The notes under the pieces were generated by a model that ran no database searches, was not told where the DNA came from, and worked only from the letters and a program-made list of their open reading frames with translations. Of a stretch of DNA of 60,401 nt, positions 30,919-41,498 are shown in pieces. The translations under genes and the position numbers were made by a program. Source of the DNA: Promethearchaeota archaeon Loki_b32 (GTDB taxonomy: Archaea > Asgardarchaeota > Lokiarchaeia > Sigyniarchaeales > SOKP01); assembly GCA_005223125.1 (NCBI GenBank), contig NJBH01000024.1:1-60401 (forward strand), in the 5' to 3' direction. The first letter of the stretch is position 1; every line of letters begins with the position of its first letter.

Positions 30919-31968
30919 ATGAGAGTTGCTCGATATTTTAGTAATGATATTATAAAAACTGATGAAATACCGAAACCAATTATAGGACCGGGAGAATTCC
31001 TAGTTAAGGTTAAAAAGTCTGGAATTTGCGGGTCGGACATTCTAGAATATTATCGAAAAACAAAAATGAAAAAATTAGGAGTAAATTCTTTAATTTTAGG
31101 TCACGAAATCGCAGGAGATATCGTTGAGATTGGCGAATCAGTTAAACACCTTAAACTAGGAGATCGTGTATTTGTATCACATCACGTTCCATGCTTTGAA
31201 TGCAATGAGTGTCAACAAGGACATCACACTGCCTGTACTCTACTCCACAATACAAATTTTGATCCCGGAGGTTTTGCTGAATATGTTAGAATACCGGAAA
31301 TCAATATAGAAAAAAAGGGTGTTTATGTTTTAGATAAAAACGTTTCTTATGAAGAAGGCGTTTTTATCGAACCATTAGGCTGTGTATGTCGTGCTCAAAG
31401 ATTAGCAAATGTTAAAAAAGGATTCACTGTTCTAATTTTAGGATGCGGTGCATCTGGATTATTACATATACAATTAGCAAAACTCAGAGGAGCTAAAAAA
31501 GTTATAGCGACTGATATAAATGAATATAGATTACAAAAAGCAAAGGATTTTGGAGTCGATGAAGTCTTTAACGCAAAAGTTGATTTACCTGATGAAATAA
31601 AAAAGATAAATAACTATAGGTTAGCCGATATTGTCATAGTATGTACTGGAGCCGTATCAGCAGCAAACCAAGCTCTAGAATGCGCAGCACCTGGAGGTAA
31701 AATTATTTTTTTTGCGGTTCCAGAACCATGGGTTTACCTTAATGTTCCTATAAATAAATATTGGAGAAATGAAATTACAATAATGACTTCTTATGGTGCA
31801 GCTCCAGAAGATCTTGACGAAGCATATAACTGGATACTTTCTAAAAGAATCAATGTTGTAGATTTAATTACTCATAGATTCCCACTCAGTAAAACAAGTG
31901 AAGCTTTCAAAGTAGTTTGTGAAGCGGGTGAATCTATGAAAGTTATTTTAGATCCAGAGGAAGAATAA
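30919..31968 (+). CDS. Zn-dependent alcohol/polyol dehydrogenase (MDR)
   Basis: GICGSD, LGHE, CFECNECQQGHHTAC, LGCGASG. Confidence 0.92.
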   Translation: MRVARYFSNDIIKTDEIPKPIIGPGEFLVKVKKSGICGSDILEYYRKTKMKKLGVNSLILGHEIAGDIVEIGESVKHLKLGDRVFVSHHVPCFECNECQQGHHTACTLLHNTNFDPGGFAEYVRIPEINIEKKGVYVLDKNVSYEEGVFIEPLGCVCRAQRLANVKKGFTVLILGCGASGLLHIQLAKLRGAKKVIATDINEYRLQKAKDFGVDEVFNAKVDLPDEIKKINNYRLADIVIVCTGAVSAANQALECAAPGGKIIFFAVPEPWVYLNVPINKYWRNEITIMTSYGAAPEDLDEAYNWILSKRINVVDLITHRFPLSKTSEAFKVVCEAGESMKVILDPEEE

Positions 31969-31980
31969 CATTTATTCAAT

Positions 31981-32937
31981 TTATCTAAGATATTTACTCC
32001 TCTCTATATGTTTGCTTATTATTCCAGATTCCCAAAAATTATAGATGTCTAACAAAAATCCTTTCATCTTCTTTTTAGGAAAGAATAAATCTAATTTAAG
32101 GAAATCATCAATAGAAAATTCATTTTTAGATGGTTTAAGAGATAAAATTGCTTGATCTACAATAATTTGATTTTTTGCTATTTTTTCTCGCATATATGTA
32201 AATGGAATTATATCAGGACTTTTAACAATATACGAATGACTTGAAGTTAGAAAATCAGCTCGTTCAAGAAAAATGGATTCAGTTAAATCGATATCCTTCA
32301 AATATTGACTAATAGAACACCCCTCAAATCCATACCATGGACCAAATCCATCCTCTCCTGGTTCATGCTGATCAAATCCTAAACAACTGATATGAACAAT
32401 TCTTTCTCTTGGTAGTAAAAAACCAACATGTGCTTTAGAATGTCCTATTAATGGAATAGTTTCAATAATAAAATCTCCAAACTCTAATATATCACCTGGA
32501 TTAAAAGGATTTACATGATTACATTTTTGATAACCATTTAGTTCGCCAAATTTCTTTATTAATGAGAAATCCATCACATCACTAAATCCAAATCCTTCAT
32601 AGAAATTATAGAGATCTAATAAATATTTATGTTCTGGAATTGGGGCATAAATTTTAGCACCTAAAGTTTCCCAATGGTGTACATGTGCCATATGATCCAT
32701 GTGTCCATGAGTACAAACATAAAAGGAGATAGGACCATAAAAATCATTAATTTGATTTATTAAATTAGGTTCAATATTTAAATCTAAGACAATAGTAAGG
32801 GTAGTTCTTCCTTTCTTTGGTAAGATAATTAATCCATCACAACAAGAAAAGTAATAAGGCGGTTTTTTTTGATGGATTAGCAGAACATCTTCTGTAACTT
32901 TTATAATTTCAAGGTTATCGATTTTTGGTAAAGCCAT
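31981..32937 (-). CDS. Metallo-beta-lactamase-fold hydrolase
   Basis: THGHMDH, GHS, SSH. Confidence 0.85.
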   Translation of the reverse strand: MALPKIDNLEIIKVTEDVLLIHQKKPPYYFSCCDGLIILPKKGRTTLTIVLDLNIEPNLINQINDFYGPISFYVCTHGHMDHMAHVHHWETLGAKIYAPIPEHKYLLDLYNFYEGFGFSDVMDFSLIKKFGELNGYQKCNHVNPFNPGDILEFGDFIIETIPLIGHSKAHVGFLLPRERIVHISCLGFDQHEPGEDGFGPWYGFEGCSISQYLKDIDLTESIFLERADFLTSSHSYIVKSPDIIPFTYMREKIAKNQIIVDQAILSLKPSKNEFSIDDFLKLDLFFPKKKMKGFLLDIYNFWESGIISKHIERSKYLR

Positions 32938-33136
32938 ATAAGTAAGTCATTGAAAATAATTCATTTTGCTTGCGATTTAAAATAAATTAGGATTTAATAA
33001 ATTAACCTTGAAGAAATTTCTTTTATTTTTGGAATTCATCATCAATTAAAAGAAAAAGATTGCAGAAATCGTAATAATATTTGGTATGATATGAAAAATA
33101 ATTGAATATATTAAAAAAAAGATAATAAAAAGAAAA

Positions 33137-33961
33137 TTATAGACCTTTGGGACCCTGTTTATAAATTTCAAAAGCTTCATCTACTGAGGCATCCTCATGA
33201 ACGATAGCTCTTACAGCTTTAATCATGCCTAATGGGCTGTCACTTTGAAAGATATTTCGCCCCATATCAACGCCAACAGCACCATTCGCGATAGCATTCT
33301 TTGACATTTGTAATGCCTCTTTTTCTCTAATTTTCTTACCTCCTGCGATCACAACTGGCACTGGACAAATACTAGTTACCTCTTCAAAGTTCTCACAATA
33401 ATAGGTTTTTACGAAAGTAGCCCCCAATTCTGCAGCCATCCTACTCGCCATCCCTAAATACCGTGCATCTCTGACCATCTCTCTTCCAACTGCAGTGACC
33501 GCTAGAACTGGCACTCCGTAAGTTTGCCCAAAATTCACGAGTTTGGAGAGATTCATTAAAGTTTGCTTCTCATACTCACCGCCAACAAAAATAGAACAGG
33601 TAATAGCAGAAACATTTAATCTTATCGCATCCTCAATAGAAACATTAATTTCTTCATTTGAGAGTTCCTTAAGCATACTTGCACCAGCAGAAACTCTTAA
33701 GACAATTGGTACATCCAGTTCTGAAGGCACACAGTTTCTAAGCATTCCACGTGTAAGCATTAAAGCGTCAGCATATTCAAATAATGGGCTCATATCACTG
33801 AAACATTTTAATTGACCCGGAATATTTCCAAAATATCCATGATCAATAGCCAACATAACACATCGTCCAGATTTGGGCTTAATAATTCTATTTAATCTAT
33901 TTAATCGATCTGCTTAAATAATTAATCTGTTTTGAAAGCCCCAATCACCTACTACAACCAC
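33137..33961 (-). CDS. lsrF: LsrF-like class I aldolase/thiolase, interrupted by a 30-nt insertion/intron (33892-33921)
   Basis: GTG start after GAAGGTG. DWGFQNRL[...]NRIIKPKSGRCVMLAIDHGYF, ELGATFVKTYY, VIAGG, DMGRNIFQ. Confidence 0.85.
33892..33921 (-). other. Putative relaxed BHB intron in mRNA (30 nt, contains an in-frame UAA)
   Basis: Inner stem UAUUUAA/UUAAAUA, central helix GAUU/GAUU with two GU pairs, bulges AAU and AAA. Excision gives NRLNRII. Confidence 0.6.
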
Positions 33962-34078
33962 TTTTAGTTCACACCTTCTATATTAGATTATATTTTTAAT
34001 TAACTTCTTTAAAATAATTAATCATCTTTATTTTATTTTTTCTATAAAACAAAAATAGATAGAGCATCTTGGAAATAA

Positions 34079-34615
34079 TTAAATAACACTTAAGAATTCT
34101 TCAACTCTATTCTTTATTTTTGAAACGATCTTTTTTGAAATGTTTCGCCTTATAAGCTCTTTAATCAAATTCAAATGATAATTACTAATCTTGTGCATTG
34201 TAATCAACTCCGTAAACATTTTCTTGTATATCATCAAAGATTCTTCAAGTTCGTCAACTCTTCTTTTTGGTGTAGGAAAATGATACTCATACGCTTTATA
34301 TTCTTCCTCATACCACCCAGCACCTAGCTACAATAAAGCTCGACCATTAGAAATATTATCCAATGTTGATATCATTTTAGCCAAATAAGTAGGATTACGG
34401 AAAGAGTTACAGAGAACAATATGGCCTAATTTTACTTTTTGTGTTTCCGTCGCTAAAGTAGCTAAGAGCATAACAGATTCCAGATAAGTTTCTTTTTTAT
34501 CTCTTGTTGCATCAAAACCAATTAAATGATCATTTACATGAACAGAATCGAATCCTAATTTTTCTACGCGTAATGTTAAATCTCTAATATCTGGATAATT
34601 CAACGGACTTCTCAT
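34079..34615 (-). pseudogene. Truncated LLM-class flavin/F420 oxidoreductase fused to the C-terminus of an unrelated gene; in-frame TAG at 34328-34330
   Basis: GFDSVHVNDH, RNPTYLAKM, GRALL*LGAGWYEEEY. The tail KISNYHLNLIKE...EFLSVI matches the end of 37079-37927. Confidence 0.85.
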
Positions 34616-34743
34616 ATAATAACCATATTTCAGAGATTTAAAAAAATTAGTCTTCTTATTAAGTTTGGGTAAAGGATTAGTATTTAAAAATTAAGTTAGG
34701 AAAGAATAAGTAAATCGTTTTAATCCATTTAAGTATAAATCTG

Positions 34744-35829
34744 TTATTTCACGTATTTCTTCTTGTAAAACACATATTTTCCAAGGAGATCAAGTATTTT
34801 TTTTATATCTTTTATAGGAAATCCTGTTTTTATTGATACTTCCTCCAGCGATAATTCACCATCACATACATTTTCCAAGGAATAAGCTAATACAAGATCT
34901 TCTGTTAATAATTTTTCTAAAAAATCTTCACTTATGTTTATAATTTGCGGATACAACTCAATTTTTTCGAAATATGATCCTTTTGAAAGATATAATGAAA
35001 GGATATTGCTAATGTCATACATTGATAAATTTCTAAATTCTTCTGATATGTTATAGACTGTTTTTAATCCATCTACAGCTGCTAATACGTTGTGTACTTT
35101 TGCTTCTTCTTGCGAAGATTCTAGAAATTGTTTTTCAGGACCTAAATCTTTAGTTCGTATTAAATAGAATAAATCTCTTTTTGGTTCAAAAACATCATCT
35201 TCATAAACTTTTTCACTTAATGTTATTAATTCACTCCATAATAGGTTTGAAATCATAGTTTTTATATCATCCACGGTTTTATTCATTTTTTGTGCTATTT
35301 CTTTAATGCTCTTTTTCCCATCAATTTCATTGATAACCACCAGATAATTTTTATTAAAAACATTTTTACTTACAGAAATCTCTTTCAGTTTTGGGATTTG
35401 GAACGAAAATAATTCCATTTTTTTAAAAATTTTCTCGATTTCCTCTTTAAACGTTCCAAACAAGGTAACTTCGCCATCCCAATTTTCTAAATTATGGCTA
35501 AATTTTAACAAAAATGTCTTTAAGGTTTCATTTAGAAAATCTTTCATATCTTGATCTATATCTTTTTTCTCTACAACTATAACTCCAACTAAAGGATTAA
35601 TATACGCAATCATAATTTCAAAGATTATATTTAAAGGAATTGCTGGTAATCGTCCAAACTGCCCAGAATAACCTAGCTTTTCATTTAATTCCGAAGAAAA
35701 TAAAGAAATAGCAGTTATAAAACCACTAAAAAGTTCACTTTGAAACATTTCAATATCCTTTTTAAAATTATATGAAAATAAGCATACTCCTCCAGAATCT
35801 ATGATATAAAAAAAATAAGGTTTCTTCAT
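34744..35829 (-). CDS. Longin-like domain + repeated winged-helix-like modules
   Basis: FYIIDSGGVCLF...LFSGFITAISLF. Repeated IDGKKSIKEI / VDGLKTVYNI / CDGELSLEEV. Confidence 0.65.
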   Translation of the reverse strand: MKKPYFFYIIDSGGVCLFSYNFKKDIEMFQSELFSGFITAISLFSSELNEKLGYSGQFGRLPAIPLNIIFEIMIAYINPLVGVIVVEKKDIDQDMKDFLNETLKTFLLKFSHNLENWDGEVTLFGTFKEEIEKIFKKMELFSFQIPKLKEISVSKNVFNKNYLVVINEIDGKKSIKEIAQKMNKTVDDIKTMISNLLWSELITLSEKVYEDDVFEPKRDLFYLIRTKDLGPEKQFLESSQEEAKVHNVLAAVDGLKTVYNISEEFRNLSMYDISNILSLYLSKGSYFEKIELYPQIINISEDFLEKLLTEDLVLAYSLENVCDGELSLEEVSIKTGFPIKDIKKILDLLGKYVFYKKKYVK

Positions 35830-35897
35830 ATTTACCTCATAATTATATTCTATTATGATAATTTTCTAAAGAAAATTTTAATTTATCCAAAATTGTG

Positions 35898-36434
35898 TTA
35901 AAAAGCATTTGATTGATTATATTTTTGCATTAGTGTTTTTACTAGAAAGTGAAAAGCTTCTTCTATTTTCACACCTTCTTTTGCTGAAGTTTCTAATTTT
36001 AATCTAACTTTTATATTATTTTCTTCCAAGATTCTAGTTAAATCATCGTCAGTTACTTCTCTTTTATCTACTAAATCAATTTTATTTCCAATCAATATGA
36101 TAGGAACGGGTTTAGTATATTTAGAAACCTCAGCGTACCATTTTTTAATGTGTTCTAGTGAAGACATTCTGGTAATGTCATACAACATAAGAATACCTTC
36201 GGTATCAGAATAAAATCTCTGTCGAACCATTGCATATCTATCCTGTCCAGCAAGGTCCCATATCAGCAAATCTATATTATTTTCTTCTATTATAATTGAT
36301 TTTTTTGTAATTTGAACCCCCAATGTGGGAACATAATTCGCTCTAAATTTATTTTCTACAAATCTATGAATTGAAGTCGATTTTCCAACTCCGTAATCCC
36401 CAACTAAGATTATTTTGAAGACAAATGAGCCCAA
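35898..36434 (-). CDS. Rab/Ran-like small GTPase
   Basis: GDYGVGKS, YVPTLG, WDLAGQ, GNKID, ETSAK. No C-terminal prenylation cysteine. Confidence 0.92.
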   Translation of the reverse strand: MGSFVFKIILVGDYGVGKSTSIHRFVENKFRANYVPTLGVQITKKSIIIEENNIDLLIWDLAGQDRYAMVRQRFYSDTEGILMLYDITRMSSLEHIKKWYAEVSKYTKPVPIILIGNKIDLVDKREVTDDDLTRILEENNIKVRLKLETSAKEGVKIEEAFHFLVKTLMQKYNQSNAF

Positions 36435-36582
36435 ATTTATTATCCCATTCTGTTGTTAATGGTAACAAAATTTAAAAAGAATATGAAATATGATAAATCT
36501 CCTTTCTGATTGTGTTATAGTGTAATTATTTATATATCTATTTTTTACCAAAAGATGAGTATAAAAATTAAAAATAAGTGTG

Positions 36583-36975
36583 TTATCGAACTTTTAAATA
36601 GGCTTTAATATCCTCTTCAAAATCAGAAAAATAATCTGTATTTCGATCCCAATTATCCCAGTCGGCTAAAATATCTTCATATTTTGTAAAGAATATTTTA
36701 GAAATCTTATTTAATCCAGCTTTAACTTTTTTTACATTATCTTGAACATCAGAAGTTGCAACGAAATCTAGCGGTTCTTTTTTTAAAATGGTGAACTTGT
36801 ATGAACTTGATTGAAAATTTGTTAGACCTGTGTTAGAAATTTCTTTTGAAAATGAAGTTAAAGCGCTTAAAAGGGCTCCAAAAAGTTGAGCATGCATTTT
36901 TACATTAAAAACTCGCTGGTATAAAACTTTTCCCGCTTGAGATAAAATCCAAAGGTCCTGTACTAATTTAACCAT
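36583..36975 (-). CDS. Stand-alone longin-like protein
   Basis: LWILSQAGKVLY...QLFGALLSALTSF. Confidence 0.7.
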   Translation of the reverse strand: MVKLVQDLWILSQAGKVLYQRVFNVKMHAQLFGALLSALTSFSKEISNTGLTNFQSSSYKFTILKKEPLDFVATSDVQDNVKKVKAGLNKISKIFFTKYEDILADWDNWDRNTDYFSDFEEDIKAYLKVR

Positions 36976-37078
36976 AAGATTACCTATTATTAAGAAGGTT
37001 TTTTTTTTAATATAAATTAATAATCGTTATTTTATTTTTTCTAAAAAATATCAAATAGCAAAATCAGAACAAAAATAA

Positions 37079-37927
37079 TTAAATAACACTTAAGAATTCT
37101 CCAACTCGATTTTTTATTTTTGAAGCGAGTTTTCGTGAAACATTTTGCGTTATAAACTCTTTAATTAAATTTAATCGATAATTACTTATTTTTTTTATGC
37201 TAAGAGCTTTAGATACTTTTATAATTAAATCAATATCATATATTTCATAAACTACTTCGAGAATTGATATTGCGTAATTTACCTCTTTTATAAAATTAAT
37301 GATATCTTGTTGTAATAATTTAAGCTGTTCCTCCTCATCAATAATTTCTATGGCTCGTTTAATAATTTCTTCCTCAAATTTTAGCTTTGTTGTCCATGGT
37401 GTTTGAAATATATGCTGGTGTGTATCCATTATAAGAGCATTTTTATCTTTGACCTTTATTTTAGTAATATCAGATTCTTCAAGTAAAAATATTGTTTTAT
37501 TTCCTCTATATGTCTCTGGTAATATATTATCTCCTATTACGTTTAATAAATCTTCACTATATTCAAAATTATCTTCTTTTAAAATGTAAGAAGGATAATT
37601 AAAAATCTTTGCATGTATTAAACTAAAAATCCCGTAGACTCCAAAAATACGGATTAAACTTCTGAGATTTATACTTCTTGTAACCTCCGATTCAGTTTCA
37701 TGTGAAAGAGAGACTATTTGAACATCGATTTTCTCATAACCTCTTATGATTCCTTTAGTATCTACAAAAACAATGAACTGATGTCTAGGACACACAGCAT
37801 TGATTGGTATTTGAATCTTGATTGTACCAAACTTTTTTTGGATAAAAATTGCTTCTGGAATTCTAATAACCTTAATTTCTCCACAATTAGGACAAGTAAC
37901 TTCAATATGTTTAAATGATTGCGCCAT
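37079..37927 (-). CDS. Zn-ribbon-containing hypothetical protein
   Basis: CPNC...CPRHQFIVFVD..G.IRGYE. Confidence 0.7.
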   Translation of the reverse strand: MAQSFKHIEVTCPNCGEIKVIRIPEAIFIQKKFGTIKIQIPINAVCPRHQFIVFVDTKGIIRGYEKIDVQIVSLSHETESEVTRSINLRSLIRIFGVYGIFSLIHAKIFNYPSYILKEDNFEYSEDLLNVIGDNILPETYRGNKTIFLLEESDITKIKVKDKNALIMDTHQHIFQTPWTTKLKFEEEIIKRAIEIIDEEEQLKLLQQDIINFIKEVNYAISILEVVYEIYDIDLIIKVSKALSIKKISNYRLNLIKEFITQNVSRKLASKIKNRVGEFLSVI

Positions 37928-38019
37928 AGTACAGATAGACTAATTTATAGGTATAATAATAATTAATACTATATTTCTAAATATAAATTTTAATAAATTT
38001 TTAAAAATGAATGAAAAAT

Positions 38020-38736
38020 TTATTTATGAAAAAGTTTGAGAAATCTATCTTCCCAAGTTTGAAAATCCATAACATAGTTAAAACCACATACTTTTTCAAT
38101 TTCTCTATTTTTAATAAATTTTATTAGCATCCTTACTCCTCTCTCTGTTGATTGTTTCGGACCATAAGGATTTAGGATGAAACTTTGATCCGATTGTATT
38201 AGATAATCACAGATGAAAAGGACATTTTCAAAAATATATAATGTAAATCCTGGTGTATGTCCATCGATATGAAATGCTTCTATTCCAGACAACTTAAAAT
38301 TTTGATTAAATTTTTTATCAAAAGGATGGTTCCTCACAATAGAATGTTCTGAATCATTTTCATGAATCCAAATAAATGACGTATAATATCCTCTATAAAG
38401 ATTTGATGCACCAAGAAAGTGATGGTGGGTAAACAATATTTTATCCATTGGATCTAAATCTTTAGTAAAGGTGGAAGGACAATCAATCCAAATTTTTTTA
38501 TTCTCTATCTTAATACAATAAGCAGAATGTTCAAGTCCTAAAGGAGGATATGAATTTAAACGGCTTATACTGTTATTTACTTTAGAACTCACAATTTTAT
38601 ATTTTTGAGAACACTCGTCACTGGTAATAAAATTTTCATTAGATACACCACAGAAAGGACATACTTTAGGGTAATACTTTACTATGTTATAACCACATCT
38701 AAGGCAGACATATTGTTCTTCTTCTGAGGATATCAT
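38020..38736 (-). CDS. Rubredoxin-like Zn/Fe ribbon + MBL-fold protein
   Basis: CLRCGY...CPFCG; FTHHHFLG, GHTPG, FICD. Confidence 0.8.
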   Translation of the reverse strand: MISSEEEQYVCLRCGYNIVKYYPKVCPFCGVSNENFITSDECSQKYKIVSSKVNNSISRLNSYPPLGLEHSAYCIKIENKKIWIDCPSTFTKDLDPMDKILFTHHHFLGASNLYRGYYTSFIWIHENDSEHSIVRNHPFDKKFNQNFKLSGIEAFHIDGHTPGFTLYIFENVLFICDYLIQSDQSFILNPYGPKQSTERGVRMLIKFIKNREIEKVCGFNYVMDFQTWEDRFLKLFHK

Positions 38737-38841
38737 TTTACTTTATTTGTTTATGGTTAACTAAATATTAATAAAACTTCTTGTGGATTAGTTCTTATTG
38801 AATATATTAAAAATTTTATTATGAATTTAATGAGTTAAATT

Positions 38842-40128
38842 ATGAATATTGAAATTTCTGAAGAAGAATCTAAATATATGTATGATTTTGTTCAAAAGAT
38901 TATTGATGAAATCGGACCAAGAATGTCATGTAGCTCACAAGAAGCGAAAGCATCAGAAATTATCAAAACTGAGCTTGAAAAATCTTGTGACGGGGTTTCA
39001 GTGGAAAAGTTTACATGTCATCCAAAAGCATTTTTAGGTTGGATTAAATTAGATATGATTATGATTGTGATTTCGATTCTCCTTTATTTTATAAGTCAAA
39101 TATTTACAGAGCAATTCTGGTTATTTATTATAGCTATAATATCCTTTTTGTTTGTGTTATTACCAATTCTCATTATGTGGGAAGAATTTTTTAATTACAG
39201 AGAGTTTATTGACCCATTATTCCGTAAAAAAACCTCACAAAATATAATTGGTAAATTTAAATCAGAAGGGGAGTTAAAAAGAATTATAATTTTTTCTAGC
39301 CATATGGATACCGCCATTGAATTTAAATTAATGAAACTGTTAGGGTGGAAATTTATACCTATTGCATTTGGAGTAATTTTCATTATGTTTATGTGGTTGA
39401 TTCTATCATTTTTACATTTAACCTTTATTTTGATAGGTTTTATTAGCCTAAAAGCAATTTTTTTGAATATAATGATTTGGACTCTTATTGTTGGAAGTCC
39501 ATTTATGGGGCTCTTATATTTTTTTGTACCATTGGGAGATAAGGGAAACGTTGTTCCCGGTGCTGCAGATAATCTGAGTAGCTGTTCAGTTAATCAAGCA
39601 TTGGGAAGATATTTAAAAAACAATAGAGAAATAATCCCTCCTAACACTGAAATAAGATTAATTAGCTTTGGATGCGAAGAAGTTGGTCTAAGAGGATCGT
39701 ATCGGTATGTAGAAGCACATTATGAAGAACTAAAAAAATATAATACGCTTGTTGTAAATATGGATGGTCTTGAAAAGCCTGATCATATTTATATAATAGA
39801 ATTCGAGCCTACCACTAGAACTTGGCATTCTGAGGAAATTATTCAAAAACTATCAAAAGCAGCAGAATTAGTAAATATTAAAGCAAAAAAGAAAGGTGCA
39901 GGAAGATTAGAGAAAACTTTAGGACGTTTAACTGGAGGTTCTGACGCAGCAGTCTTTTCAAAGGCAGGTATTAAAGCAGGATTTATAAATGCTGCAGATT
40001 GGAAAAACCGTTCTAGTTATTACCATCAATCTGGAGATACACTTGACAAAATAGAAAAAGGAACTTTAGAAAGCATATTAAAAATCTGTCTTGCGTTCTT
40101 AGTAAATGAATCAAAATCTGGAGAATAA
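38842..40128 (+). CDS. Membrane-embedded M28-family peptidase
   Basis: SHMD, GAADNLS, GCEEVGLRGS, NMD, GSD, YHQSGDT, with transmembrane segments. Confidence 0.88.
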   Translation: MNIEISEEESKYMYDFVQKIIDEIGPRMSCSSQEAKASEIIKTELEKSCDGVSVEKFTCHPKAFLGWIKLDMIMIVISILLYFISQIFTEQFWLFIIAIISFLFVLLPILIMWEEFFNYREFIDPLFRKKTSQNIIGKFKSEGELKRIIIFSSHMDTAIEFKLMKLLGWKFIPIAFGVIFIMFMWLILSFLHLTFILIGFISLKAIFLNIMIWTLIVGSPFMGLLYFFVPLGDKGNVVPGAADNLSSCSVNQALGRYLKNNREIIPPNTEIRLISFGCEEVGLRGSYRYVEAHYEELKKYNTLVVNMDGLEKPDHIYIIEFEPTTRTWHSEEIIQKLSKAAELVNIKAKKKGAGRLEKTLGRLTGGSDAAVFSKAGIKAGFINAADWKNRSSYYHQSGDTLDKIEKGTLESILKICLAFLVNESKSGE

Positions 40129-40193
40129 GTTTTTATTATATTAAATTTTTTAAGTTTTAATTTACATTGAGAATATAAAAAAAGGGGATTTTT

Positions 40194-41498
40194 ATAGAGA
40201 TCAAAATTTCTACAGATGATTCTGATTATATGTATAATATCATTCAGAAGATTATTGATGAATGTGGTCCACGAATGCCTTGTAGTCCTCAAGAAGCTAA
40301 AGGCGCTGAGATTATTAAAAAAGAACTCGAGGAGACTTGCGATGAAGTACAAATAGAACCTTTCAAATGTCACCCAAGAGCTGCTCTTGGTTGGATAAGA
40401 ATAGTAATTTTGCTTGTTATAACATCATTTTGCTTATTTTTCTTAATCCAGTTATTATTGGAATTATTTTGGGCTTATTTTTTATCGTTATTATCATCAA
40501 TACTCATGTTTTTAGCAATACTAATTGCTTGGGAGGAATTTTTTAGTTATAAAGAGTTTATTGATCCTTTATTTAAAGAAAAAGATTCTCAAAACGTTAT
40601 AGGTAAGATAAAACCTTCTGGTGAAATTAATAAAATAATTATTTTTTCTGGACATCATGATAGTGCTTTACAATTTAACCTCTTAAAGTATTTAAAGCAT
40701 GGCTATGTAATAATAATTTTTTTAGGGCTTGGAACTTTTTTTATTTGGTTTCTAGGCTCTTTAATTTTCGGTATATTAACTATATTTGCATTTTTATTGA
40801 ACTTTGCCCTAATTTATGATTTTTTTCTAAACGTTGCACTATGGTTATTAATAATTGGGGCTTTACCGATGCTTTTCTTATTTTTCTTTGTAACTCCAGG
40901 GAAAAAGGCCAACAAAGTCCCTGGTGCAGTAGATAATTTAAGTGCTATCGCAATTATATTAGGTGTAGGAAGATATCTAAAAAACCACATGGAGTTAATA
41001 CCTGCAAACACAGAAATACGGCTGATTTCATTTGGATGTGAGGAAGCTTTTTTAAGGGGTGCCTACCGTTATGTAGAAGTTCACTTGGAAGAATTGAAAA
41101 ATTATGACGCAGAATGCGTTAATCTTGATGCAATCCAAAGTATAGACTATCTTGCATTTTCAGATAAAGAACCAACAACTAGAACGATTCATAGTGAAGA
41201 AGTTGTTCAAAAACTTATCAAAGCAGCTGAACTAGTTGGCGTTAAAGTAAAAGTTGCTAGTTTAGGAGGAGGAAGCGTTCTTGAAAAAATAGTAGGGCAA
41301 ATAGGTGGAGGTACTGATGCTGCTGCTTTTTCAAAATCAAAAATAAAAGCCAGTACTATTACAGGTTTAAACTTACTAAAGTTAGTTCGTTTTTATCATC
41401 AAGAAACAGATACTCTTGATAAAATTGAAAAAGGAGCGTTGGAAAATGTTTTAAAGATTTGTCTTGGATATTTGATAAACGAATCTAACAATAAATAG
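40194..41498 (+). CDS. Membrane-embedded M28-family peptidase, tandem paralog (probable ATA start at 40194; first ATG at 40230)
   Basis: GHHD, GAVDNLS, GCEEAFLRGA, GTD, YHQETDT. Confidence 0.88.
   Translation: MEIKISTDDSDYMYNIIQKIIDECGPRMPCSPQEAKGAEIIKKELEETCDEVQIEPFKCHPRAALGWIRIVILLVITSFCLFFLIQLLLELFWAYFLSLLSSILMFLAILIAWEEFFSYKEFIDPLFKEKDSQNVIGKIKPSGEINKIIIFSGHHDSALQFNLLKYLKHGYVIIIFLGLGTFFIWFLGSLIFGILTIFAFLLNFALIYDFFLNVALWLLIIGALPMLFLFFFVTPGKKANKVPGAVDNLSAIAIILGVGRYLKNHMELIPANTEIRLISFGCEEAFLRGAYRYVEVHLEELKNYDAECVNLDAIQSIDYLAFSDKEPTTRTIHSEEVVQKLIKAAELVGVKVKVASLGGGSVLEKIVGQIGGGTDAAAFSKSKIKASTITGLNLLKLVRFYHQETDTLDKIEKGALENVLKICLGYLINESNNK

Noticed and set aside
34079-37081. Exact 3000-nt spacing between the two homologous gene ends as an assembly duplication
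   Set aside because: The copies differ at many positions, so this is an old paralogy and the round number is coincidental.
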